A DNA stretch of 64,000 nucleotides from Eledone cirrhosa. Taxonomy: Eukaryota. Positions 51,252 through 64,000 of the stretch are shown piece by piece. A program made the position numbers and the translations under genes. Below the pieces are notes generated by a model. It was given only the letters and a program-made list of their open reading frames with translations. It was not told the DNA's origin and did no database searches. The first letter of the stretch is position 1. Every line of letters begins with the position of its first letter. Location: assembly GCA_964016885.1 (NCBI GenBank), contig OZ024745.1:92132001-92196000 (forward strand). Direction: 5' to 3'.

Positions 51252-51540
51252 CTGGTTCGCCTTTTTTCTCTCTCTCGTCTACGATTTCACACAACTTATG
51301 TTCACCGAATTCACAGACTAGATTCCTTCTTCCCCCCGTTAGACCTGTACGGAATTCCTTCCTTGCTCACATTCCAACCAGGTTTGATGGTCTTTATTCT
51401 CTCTCGTTCACGATTTCACCGAACTAATATTCATGGAAATTTAGGACTTGACTCGTTCTTCCTCACTTTTCGTTGCTTCACCATCTTTGTTTGTTTACAC
51501 TCTCGTGTCCCCTTTATTTAGGTGTCCCAACGACTTTTTT

Positions 51541-51629
51541 TTAGCCGTTACTCGCACCAACCGGAGGTATATGGTCTTTAAAGCGATGAAATACCAATGA
51601 TGGTTGGAAGATCACTGATCAAGGACTAA
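51541..51629 (+). ncRNA. permuted, k-turn-containing hammerhead-like RNA, copy C (core mutated)
   Basis: Same architecture as copies A and B but the core reads CTGATCA. Confidence 0.62.
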
Positions 51630-51682
51630 CTTTATTCATATGTAACCCATTTGCAACCACGCAGCACGTTTATTCTGATATT

Positions 51683-51726
<44 letters not shown>

Positions 51727-52812
51727 ATCGGAGAAAGCTAATAGCGATATTCCGGCCAAATCCCAACTCACTCAACAAACATTAGGAAATAAGTGAGTAT
51801 ATTCCTAATTAAACGTTCGGGGTGCTAACTAATTGTATTGTGTGGAAAATTGGCTGTATTATTTCATATGAGATATATCAAATATATATATATATTCAGA
51901 TCACCACCATCATCGCACAGCCACGTCCATTGAAACCATTGTCGCTACCGGCACCATTACTAGAGCTTCTTTGGCCAACGTCTTCAACACCACCATTACA
52001 ACCACCACATCATCACCATCTCTCGTACCAAAACCCTCCCCCACCACCATCACCATCACGACTCTTGTCCTCAATACCGTTAACAGTATTAACAAAACAA
52101 TAAACACATTTCTGTCTATGAACTGTCTTAACTGTTTCACTTTATTTACCATACATCATTCAAAATATTTGTTAAATATCCCTCTCCCAACCTCGTTATT
52201 TAATGGCGGTTGTTATAATCTCTACTTCTTTCTCCCCGGGACATTTCTCTTACAAGACACACAGCCATTGTTTGTTTGTTTATTTGATTGTTTGTTTATG
52301 TAATTCTTTACATTGAGTCACACCTTTAATAGCTGGTTGCTTTGTGACACTTTCTGACAGACAATAAGACCTCTGCCTCCACATGGTGCCAGACGGAAGG
52401 ACTGTACTCCAGATAAAGGGAAATAAACAGAGAAATAAACAAATAAACAAATAAAAAATTAACAAATAAATAAAGAAATCAAGTTTATTTGGGGATATTG
52501 GAATAAGCTGTGAATAATTTAATATCCTCCACCACATGAAGAAGCATGAATGTCTCGGAACCACCATAAGCTGAACACTGCACTACATATATTGTAAGGG
52601 CGGTGGATTGGCAGTATCGGTGGAGGGTCAGATGCCATGCTTTCCAGCATGGAGTTATGTCCCTTTACAGTCCGAGTTCAAATCCCGCCGAGGTTAACTT
52701 TGCCTTTCATCCTTACGGGGTCGATAAAATAAAGTACCAGCAATGCACTGGGTAATTGCTGGCCTTGTGCCAAAAGTATATTATTGTATATTACAATTAT
52801 ATTGTAATATAC

Positions 52813-55800
52813 AACACTAGATTACACTACACCACAGTACACCACACCACAGCACATTATACTACACTACAATACACTACACCACACTACACCACACTAC
52901 ACCACACTTCACTATACTACACTATACTACACTACACTACCTCACACTACATCACATCACATCACAGCTCAACATTGCACGACATTACATCGTAATATAC
53001 AATACTAGATTATATTACACCACAGTACACTCGCTACACCACACTACACCACACTACACCACACCACACTACACTACACTTCACTATACTACACTACACC
53101 ACACTACACCACACCACACTACACTTCACTATACTACACTACACCACACTACACCACACCACACCACACTACACTTCACTATACTACACTACACCATACC
53201 ACACCGCACTACACTACACCACACTACACTATACAACACCAGACTACAGTACACCACACTACACTATACAACACCACACTACACCACACTACACTACACC
53301 ACAAGCTCAACACCGCACCACATTACATTGTAATATACAAGACTAGATTACATTACACTACACCACACTACACCACACCACACCGCACCACACGACACTA
53401 CACTACACCATACCACATCACACCACACCACAATACACCACACCACATTACACCTCACCACACTACACCACGCCACACTACACCATACCACACTACATCA
53501 CACCACACCGCACCTCACCACACGACACTCATTAGACTACACCGCACTACCCTACACTACACCACACCTCACCACACTACACTGCACCACACCACATACA
53601 CTACACCACACCACACTACACCACACCACACTACACCGCCCCACACTCCACTACACTACACCATACCATACCACACCACAATACACCACATTACACCTCA
53701 CCACACTACACCTCACCACACTACACCACGCCACACTACACCATACCACACTACACCACAGCACACTGCACTACACCATACCACACCACACCACACTACA
53801 CCGTACCACACTACACCACATCACACTACACCATACCACACAACACCACAGCACACTACACTACACCACCCCACATACCGCCATACTACACCACACCACA
53901 CTACACTACACCACACTACACTGCCCCACACCACACCACACCAAACTACACCACACCACATCACGCTACGCCACTCTAAACCCCACCCCACCAGACCACA
54001 CCACATCACACTACACCACACTACACCACACTACACCACACCACACCATACCACGCCACTCTAAACCCCACCACACCACACTACACCACACCTCACCACA
54101 CCACACTACACCACACCACACCACGCCACACCACTCTAAACCCCACCACACCACACTACACCACACCTCACCACACCACACTACACCACACCACACCACA
54201 CCACGCCACACCACTCTAAACCCCACCCCACCCCACCACACTACACCACACTACACCACACCGCACCACGCCACGCCACTCTAAACCCCACCACACTACA
54301 CCACACCACACCACACCATACCACGCCACTCTAAACCCCACCACACCCCACCGCATCACACCATACCACGCCACGCCACTCTAAACCCCACACTACACCA
54401 CACTACACAAAACCACACCACACCATACCACGCCACTCTAAACCCCATCCCACCACACTACACTATATCACACCACGCCATGCCACTCTAAACCCCACCC
54501 CACCACATCACACTACACCACACCACACCACACTACACCACACAACACCACACCATACCACACCACGCCACTCTAAACCCCACCACACCACACTACACCA
54601 CACCTCACCACACCACACCACACTACACCACACCATACCACGCCACTCTAAACCCCACCACACCACACTACACCACACCACGCCACGCCACTCTAAACCC
54701 CCACCACACTACACCACACCACATCACACCATACCACGCCACGCCACTCTAAACCCCACCCCACCACACTACGCTATACCACACCACACCCCACCACGCC
54801 ACTCTAAACCCCACCCCACCACTCTACACTATACCACACCACACAACGCCACGCCACTCTAAACCCCACCCCACCACACCATACCACACCACGCCACTCT
54901 AAACCCCACCCCACCACACTACACTATACCACACCACACCACACCACACCACGCCACGCCACTCTAAACCCCACCACGCCATACCATACCACACCACGCC
55001 ACTCTAAACCCCACCCCACCACACTACACTATACCACACCACACCACGCCACGCCACTCTAAACCCCACCCCACCACACCATACCACACCACGCCACTCT
55101 AAACTCCACCCCACCACACTACACTATACCACACCACACCACGCCACGCCACTCTAAACCCCACCCCACCACACTATACCACACCACGCCACTCTAAACC
55201 CCACCACACCACACTACACTATATCACACCACACCACGCCACGCCACTCTAAACCCCACCCCACCACACCATACCACACCACGCCACTCTAAACCCCACC
55301 ACACCATACCACGCCACGCCACTCTAAACACCACCACACCACACTACACTATACCACACCACACCACACCACACCACGCCACGCCACTCTAAACCCCACC
55401 CCACCATACCACACCACGCCACTCTAAACCCCACCACACCACACTACATTATACAACACCACGCCACTCTAAACCCCACCACACCACACCATACCACGCC
55501 ACGCCACTCTAAACTCCACCACACCACACTACACCACACCACGCCACGCCACTCTAAACCCCCACCACACTACACCACACCACACCACACCACACCACAC
55601 CACATCACACCATACCACGCCACGCCACTCTAAACCCCACCCCACCACACTACACTATACCACACCACACCACGCCACTCTAAACCCCACCCCACCACTC
55701 TACACTATACCACACCACACCACACCACACCACACCACATCACACCATACCACACCACGCCACTCTAAACCCCACCCCACCACACTACACTATACCACAC

Positions 55801-57496
55801 CACACCACACCACGCCACGCCACTCTAAACCCCACCACACCATACCACGCCACGTCACTCTAAACCCCACCACACCACACTACACTATACCACACCACAC
55901 CACACCACGCCACGCCACTCTAAACCCCACCCCACCACACCATACCACACCACGCCACTCTAAACCCCACCCCACCACACTACACTATACCACACCACAC
56001 CACACCACGCCACGCCACTCTAAACCCCACCCCACCACACCATACCACACCACGCCACTCTAAACCCCACCACACCATACCACGCCACACCACTCTAAAC
56101 ACAACCACACCACACTACACTATACCACACCACACTACACCACGCCACGCCACTCTAAACCCCACCCCACCACACCATACCACACCACGCCACTCTAAAC
56201 CCCACCCCACCACACTTCACTATACCACACCACACCACGCCACGCCACTCTAAACCCCACCCCACCACACCATACCACGCCACACCACTCTAAACACCAC
56301 CACACCACACTACACTATACCACACCACGCCACGCCACTCTAAACCCCACCCACCACACCATACCACACCACGCCACTCTAAACCCCACCACACCATACC
56401 ACACCACGCCACTCTAAACCCCACCCCACCACACTACAGTATACCATACCACACCACACCACGCCACTCTAAACCCCACCCCACCATACCACACCACGCC
56501 ACTCTAAACCCCACCACACCACACTACACTATACCACACCACGCCACTCTAAACCCCACCAAACCACACCATCTACACCACACCACACCATCTACACCAC
56601 ACCACACCATACCACACCACACCACTCTAAACCCCACCACACCACACTACACTATACCACACTACACCACACCACACCACACTACACCACACCACACCAT
56701 ACCACACCACACCACTCTAAACCCCACCACACCACACTACACTATACCATACTACACCACACCACACCACACTACACCACACCACACCATACCACGCCAC
56801 ACCACTCTAAACCCCACCACACCACACCACACTACACCACACCACACCATACCACACCACGCCACTCTAAACCCCACCACACCCCACCACACTACACCAC
56901 ACCACACCATACCACACCACGCCACTCTAAACCCCACCACACCACACCACACTACACCACACCACACCATACCACACCACGCCACTCTAAACCCCACCAC
57001 ACCACACCACACTACACCACACCACACCACACTACACCACACTACACCACACCACACTACACCACACCATACCATGCCACACCACGCCACTCTAAACCCC
57101 ACCACACCACACCACACTACACCACACCATACCACACCACGCCACTCTAAACCCCACCCCACCACACTACACTATACCACACTACACCACACCACACCAT
57201 ACCACACCACGCCACTCTAAACCCCACCACACCACACTACACCACACCACACCATACCACACCACACCACTCTAAACCCCAGCACACCACACTACACTAT
57301 ACCACACTACACCATACCACACCACGCCACTCTAAACCCCACCACACTACACTATACCACACCACACCATACCACACCACGCCACTCTAAACCCCACCAC
57401 ACCACACTACACTATACCACACTACACCACACCACACCATACCACACCACACCACTCTAAACCCCACGACACCACACTACACTATACCACACTACA
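52813..57496. repeat. 4.7-kb complex (ACACC/ACACT)n satellite with periodic CCACTCTAAACCCC motif
   Basis: Pentamer-based array. From ~53970 onward each ~30-60-bp unit carries CCACTCTAAACCCC. Confidence 0.95.
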
Positions 57497-58036
57497 ATTC
57501 TGCCAACGTTTACTACATTCGATTACATTGAATTAACTTCTGTATTGAAACCCAGTTGGAGTCGATTTGGTTTTCCATTGTTCCGAGGTCGATAAAATAA
57601 TTATCTTCAATATAGATCTTGAAACGTTATAAATATAAAGGGCGGCGGCTTGGCAATATCGGTAGAGAGTCGGACGGCATGCTTTCCAGCATAGTTACGG
57701 CCCTTGCCGTTCTGAGTTCAAATCCCGCCGAGGTTAACTTTGCCTTTCATCCTTACGAGGTCGATAAAATAAAGTACCAGTTATGCACTGGGGTAATTGC
57801 TGGCCTTGTGCCAAAAGTAGAAACAATTATAAATATAAAGGAAAATCAATTATATAGACGTCAGTACTTGACTGGTACTTTATTTAATCAACCTCGAAAG
57901 GATGACAGGCAAATTTGACTTCGGCGGGATTTGACCTAAAGGTCTGTCATTAAATACTGCAACGCATGTTGTCCGACGCTCTACCGATTCTGCAAATACA
58001 CCGCCCTGGCAAACAGACATCGTAATATTTAAAGTG

Positions 58037-58445
58037 TGTTACCCAATCAGGCAATACAGTTAGGGGCCCCGAGAGAAATTCTATAAGAAATAAAATTGCA
58101 TTGAGGCTTTGAGGAATTAGGAGTTCCTTTCAAAATAAAAGGGGGCTGAAAGGCTTTCTGTGGAAAGAGGGTACTCAGATATTACGGAGGCCTTCCTTGG
58201 CTATCTGGGCCTGAACATGTATAGTAACCGAACTCCTTTCTTATAGGCTCTGAATGCAGTAGAGTTTCCTGAAAGGCAGCTCATCAGTCAAACCAATAAA
58301 CCGCATGACGTCATAGGGAGCTGAAAGGGACTACCTTCTCAGCCAGACAATATAGGAAGGTGGATGTAGGGTAGGGTTTCTGCAGCTATATATTAATCAA
58401 CAGTCCAATAAAGTAAGAGGCCATTTAGCTATATAGTACATAACA
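58037..58445 (+). mobile_element. candidate solo LTR
   Basis: TGTTA...TAACA termini, internal TATA-like TATATATT and AATAAA. No clear TSD. Confidence 0.45.
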
Positions 58446-58704
58446 TACATACAAACACATACACACATACATACATACAGACTCATACACAGACACACAC
58501 TGACACACACATGCACACATACACATATACACAGTCACATACACACATACACACATACACAGACATACACACACATACAGACACATACACACATATACAC
58601 GCTAACACACATACACAGATATACACACATACCCATATACACAGTCACATACACATATACACACACATACGCAGACACTACTGACAAGTACAATGTCCCC
58701 TATA

Positions 58705-58898
58705 CATCACCACCACCACCACCACTACCACAACCACCACTACCATAACCACCACCATCACCACCATAATCACCACCACCACAATCACCACCACCACCGT
58801 AACCACAACCTCCACCAGCACCAGCACCACCACCACCACCAGCACCACCACCACTACCACCACTACCACCGCTATCACCACCACCACCACTACCACCC
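58705..58898. repeat. (CAC)n-type trinucleotide microsatellite
   Basis: Source of the poly-His, poly-Val and poly-Gly ORFs. Confidence 0.9.
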
Positions 58899-61314
58899 CT
58901 TGCAACAGAGTTGACTTCGCTAGGGATCCCTAAGGGCAGCAGATTAAGTCTCCCTCCCCTGCCAAGTAGGCCACAGTTGGATTTGAACTGAGAATACAAA
59001 CATCCAGAACAAACACCGCAAGGTATCTCCTCCGATGCTCCTTGGGCTAGTATGATAGTTTATGGACACCGAACTGGCGGAAGGCATAGTCGACCTCGGC
59101 TGAATTTGAGCTCAGATAATAACAGACCTGTCAACTCTCCTCGAACGACGGGGTGATCTCCCACCCACTTTGGGGTGGGTGAGATATGTCTTCTCTTGTG
59201 AAAATGGCTATAGCTTTCATTATGTAAAACCTCCCCATTTTGCCTCATTTCTCCTCCTTTTGTGGCACTTTCTTTTTCATGATACTCCCCGTTTGGGTTG
59301 TTAGAGGTTGGCATGTCTGGAATAGTGAGTCGGAATAAATACCGCAAGGCATTTTGTTTTATGCTCTAACAACTTATAAGAATAAGTTAACACTATCAAT
59401 TCCTTGCTTAGAGTACGTACGACTCTCTTGAGTGAATTATCTTAAACATGAACATTAGCAAATATCTTTATGTTGATTTTAACTTGCTTGGTTTGTGAAG
59501 AAATTTTCGAAATATTCGTACATCTAATGAATATGATATTTATTTAATAAGATTCTCATTTGTTTATTCTAGATATTACTAATATCAAATGGAATATTTT
59601 AAATGTAGCTTTCTGTGAATGAACTCAATTAAATTTTTGTAATTACCATTTCAGATTCACTTATCAAATCTGATCATTTCTCTTTAAGTAATTTTTTGGG
59701 GCCATTTTACTTTACTAAAAATTGTCAAAATAATTTCTTCGTAAATTTTCATAAATTTTGTTATTAAAATTTATTCATTTTTTAAATATCTAGAATTCAT
59801 TTGACAAATTCCAATTCCGATTATTTTTTATTAACTTTTTTTGAAGAATTTTTCATTATGTAGTTGAATCATAATTTCTTATGTGTTGTATTGGATTAAG
59901 AAAATTGAAGTGGCCTGCCAAGCAACTTAATACTACACACATGTCCTACAAATTATACAAATGATTCAAGAGGAATCCCATTAGACTCATCATCATCGTG
60001 CGACTTCTGTAACAGACAGCCACAATATCTATTCATTGTAGCTTTCATAGTCAGTTGTAGTCCCATAATAGAGGGTGCCGAGGATTGGTATGCCTGAGCT
60101 GGGAAGTGGGGTGAACTCCTGCTGGCCTACAAAATGGCTCAAATAAGTTGTGTTTATCACCGGTGCTGAGGGTCGGTATACCTGAGCTGGGCGGTGGGGT
60201 GAATTTCTGATGGCCTACAAAATGGCTCAAAAAGGTTGTGTTAATCACCTCTGCTGGTCAAACTCCCTTCCAGCACTATAACAGATACAATGCTTGGACT
60301 GCACTATCCTAAAGTGCAGCATATACTTGCGGCTGGACACTACTTGTGAAACCAATCGCCCGAAGAAACTCCAGCGGGATTTGAACTCTGAGTGCAGAGA
60401 GCCGGAACAAATAATGCAAGATATTCTATCCGACACCCTAACGAATCTAATCTACAATTTCACTACTTTAAATAGACTAAACAAAATAAATTCCATTGAT
60501 TAAAGCATAATAAAAGTTGTAATAGACTAAACAAAACTAAGTGATCTAGAACAGCTACGAAAGGATATTTTTGTAAACGAAAGACAAATTTAGAGTAGAA
60601 TTTCTTAAGACGTTTATGAAAGTACATTAAATCACGTTGAACTTGAAAATAAAAAAAAATATCGCGTTTGGTTTATAGATAAGAATTTTTTGTAAGTTTG
60701 GAATGTTTAATGATTAAAAAAAAAGAAATTCTGGTAATGGGGGAATTAACTATAACTGTGTCGTTTTTCTTTTCTAGTACTATCGTGGACGAATATTTTC
60801 TAAAATTTCATTGTAAATTTGTAACGGGAATTGATGAATACTCCTTAAACCTTTCTTTTTAAAGAAATATAGCATGTTATATTGCTAGACCAGGTACATG
60901 GGCTTGCAATCGGGAGGTTGTGAATTCGGTTCTCGGACCGGGCGATGTGTTGTGTCCTTGAACAAGACACTTTATTTCACGTTGCTTCAGTTTACTCAAT
61001 TGTATATATATATATAGGGTATATATAATGTATATGTATATTTGTTGTAATGTCGCTGGTGCCAAGCTGTATCGGCCATTGCCTTTCCCTTGGACATCAT
61101 ATATATAATATATATATAGGGTATATATAACATATGTGTATATATGTTGTGATGTCGCTGGTGCCAAGCTGTATCGACCATTGGCTTTCCCTTGGACAAC
61201 ATCGGTGGCGTGGAGAGGGGAGACAGGTATGCATGAACGTCTGTACACACTCTGATTGACCTCATATTTTTTTCTGGTTACCTTTACGCTCACCTGCCCA
61301 TATTATGCCAAAAA

Positions 61315-61819
61315 GATAACACTGAGCCAAGGGTCAACGTCACTATCAATATCTCCTGATCGTGGCCCAACGATAACACTGAGCCAAGGATCAACGTCAC
61401 TATCAATATCCATGATCGTGGCCCAATGATAACACTGAGCCAAGGATCAACGTCACCATGAATATCTCTTGATCGTGGCCCAACGATAACACTGAGCCAA
61501 GGATCAACGTCATTATCAATATCTCCTGATCGTGGCCCAACGATATCACTGAGCCAAGGATCAACGTCACTATCAATACCCCTGATCGTGGCCCAACGAT
61601 AACACTGAGCCAAGGATCAACGTCACTATCAATATCCCTGATCGTGGCCCAATGATAACACTGAGCCAAGGATCAACGTCACTATGAATATCTCTTGATC
61701 GTGGCCCAACGATAACACTGAGCCAAGGATCAACGTCACTATCAATATCCCTGATCGTGGCCCAATGATAACACTGAGCCAAGGATCAACGTCACTATCA
61801 ATATATTTGATCGTGGCCC
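61315..61819. repeat. minisatellite, 55-57-bp unit, ~9 copies
   Basis: GATAACACTGAGCCAAGGATCAACGTCACTATCAATATC...TGATCGTGGCCCAA(C/T) repeated with no spacers. Confidence 0.93.
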
Positions 61820-62210
61820 TTTTATTTCATCGCCCCATATACAGGAGCGATGGAAGCTTTTTTTTTAATTGGGGTGGGATTTGGTTAATTTAGTTGTGGT
61901 GATTAGTTTAGCTGTTATCAAATATCAACCAAGATATAAAAAACTTCGGTATGCGATAAACATAACATGCTCATAACTTGTAGCGTATATCCAAATGATA
62001 TAACGAGACACCAGCATGTAGATAATTGTGTGAAACACCAACTCCGCCTGTGATCTCGCCTCCTAGGTTTTAAGGACCAGACAGATACTCGCATATGCCT
62101 TGCCTTGGTCGATGGAAAACACGAAGTTCCATATACCCTCAAGGCTTCTAACTTCTGCTTTGAGGGTACATGGAAACCTTCTCCCCCGATTTTTGGCAAG
62201 ACAGAAGTCA

Positions 62211-62211
62211 C

Positions 62212-62267
<56 letters not shown>

Positions 62268-62480
62268 CCGTCATCATCGTCGTCGTCATCATCATCATCA
62301 TCATCATCCAGTTTTTGATTATGCAAAACAGAATTAATCCCTAAGTAGGGGTGGATCACGCTTGACAGTGGCCCTTAGTGTCTTGCTCCATGTGTTTCTG
62401 TCCACCGGTCTCACTTGGGCCAGACGAAGCCTAGCTTGATTCCGACAGACATCCTCCATTCAAGTCCTTTTTGGTCTTTC
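62211..62480 (-). mobile_element. RTE-like LINE 3' stub with (GAT)n tail
   Basis: Minus strand RPKRT*MEDV...DRNTW followed by (GAT)n. Confidence 0.6.
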
Positions 62481-63193
62481 TGCCTCCTGGATCGATATTT
62501 CATCACTTTGCTTATATGATAACTCAACTTCTAGTTAGTTTTGGTATGTAATTCACCTCCTAGCTAGTTTTTCAATATTCATTTATTATGGCGAAATAAT
62601 GAGTCTTGTTACTTTGTAGTTCCATCTGCGCACTCACAGGATCACCAGACGGGCCGCTGACATTCCGATCTTACGAAGGAGCACGGGGTCCAAGTACGCC
62701 TGGGGTCTCGACGGCGACCGGTACGAATAAGAAGCGGCCAGACATGTATTTCAAAAGCAAGAAGACATTGTGTTTTTTTCACGTCCCACTCCAGCATTTA
62801 TTTCTTTGTTAGAGTTGACTCATCTCCTACACCTATCTCTGGCTCGTAACACCAGCAAGTTGTTATTGACTTTGTTGTTACTTGTGTTATAGTGCGACAG
62901 TCTGTGCTTATAAATATGCTTGTGTGTAGAATTGTCATTTTCTGTGTAGTTTTTTAAAGTGTAAATGTATGTATGATCATGCTTGTTTAAATATCTTTCT
63001 TTTCTTTCTGTGTGTCATTCTGTAAACTTCTGTGTTATTGTTTTTACGCAGAGGTGATTAGTGCTACTGTAATTGTGGTACCCTCCAGTGCTGCACCGCC
63101 ACAAGAAGAAGAAGAAGAAGAAGAAGAAGAAGAAGAAGAAGAAGAAGAAGAAGAAGAAGAAGAAGAAGAAGAAGAAACAGGCAAAGAATAAAC

Positions 63194-63194
<1 letters not shown>

Positions 63195-63230
<36 letters not shown>

Positions 63231-64000
63231 TTTCATTTATTGGCCACAAGGGCCGACATATAGGGGACAATACAAAAGACTGGGACAGTGGGGTTTTACA
63301 GAAAAATCGAGTAAACAATATGAATAACAATAACAAAGTAACAATAACAAAGTAACAATAAAGTAACAAGAAAATGACAACAAGGAAAAATTCCCCAATA
63401 GGGGGGATGACCACCTAGGGTTCGCTCAGGTACCCCACCGGTCTTGAACGACCCGACGCTTCGAGAGCACCCTGGAAGGGCACCCCTCTCCTCCTCAAAT
63501 TTACCCACCTACAGCCGCATGACCAGAGTAGACCCACTCACACGGGCCATTCTCGCCACATTCACCCACCTTTCAGCAAATGTACTGGGAGGCATCACTT
63601 CTCTCTCCACCCCACCTTCCTTTCCAAGTGAAACTTGAAAAAGTTGATGAGGGATTGTCCTTTCAACCTCGTTCACCATACAACCTCTTTCGCTACTGCC
63701 ACAAGACAGAGGAAAATTGCCTGCCCTTCCTGGCCAAAAGAAGGCGGCGGGTCGATCTTCACTACGAACTCGGCCGATAGCCGGATCCGTTCTACGCGCG
63801 ACAACAGCTGTTCAACATAACTCCACAAGTCAGTAATGCACGGACACTGGACGAGTGCGTGCAGAACGGTTTCGTCGCTCTGCGCGCATCTCGGGCAGGT
63901 CCGTCTGACAGCACTTCCGTGCCTGTAGAGTTTATCTCGAACCGGTAGTGCCCCCCGGTAGCACTGCCAAGCGAGGGATTTTTGGAAATTATCCATCGTC
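63195..64000 (-). mobile_element. 3' end of an L1/Tx1-clade LINE
   Basis: zf-RVT-like RGALPVRDKL...CPRCAQSDETVLHALVQC, then AATAAA and an (ATT)n tail. Runs off the window edge. Confidence 0.85.

Noticed and set aside
53970-57470. Interstitial telomere (CTAAACCC resembles CCCTAAA)
   Set aside because: The motif never occurs in tandem and is not TTAGGG. It is a single variant embedded in pentamer repeats.
58678-58999. His-rich, Val-rich or Gly-rich protein ORFs
   Set aside because: Translations of a (CAC)n microsatellite with no splice or homology support. The same applies to YI/CV/HT-repeat ORFs and the poly-D/K/M ORFs at 62063-63414.
61315-61819. CRISPR-like array and repetitive ORFs
   Set aside because: Plain tandem minisatellite without spacers.

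Overview
Eukaryotic, AT-rich, repeat-dominated genomic DNA with GT-AG introns, long (TA)n/(CA)n microsatellites and abundant tRNA-derived SINEs. The repeat landscape suggests a coleoid cephalopod such as Octopus (inference, not provable here). The only confidently identifiable host gene is the 3' end (last four coding exons, 280-4632, +) of an AAA+ ATPase matching SPATA5L1/AFG2B. Two weaker candidate exons lie on the minus strand. The rest is nested mobile DNA: RTE, CRE and Tx1/L1-type LINEs, two Penelope-like element (PLE) families, a CsRn1-like Gypsy relic with a nested solo LTR, a non-coding two-LTR element with a tRNA-Trp PBS, non-autonomous Helitrons, piggyBac/Tc1-mariner/pogo/hAT MITEs, minisatellites and fold-back palindromes. 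The window holds many hammerhead ribozyme motifs. The most striking signal is a four-copy ~90-nt motif (36.4, 36.7, 37.3 and 51.6 kb) with all hammerhead core elements in a non-circularly permuted order (NUH, then GAAA, then CUGAUGA). It is built on a box C/D-type kink-turn and pseudoknots and shows compensatory changes between copies. Most ORFs in the supplied track are artefacts of repeats.
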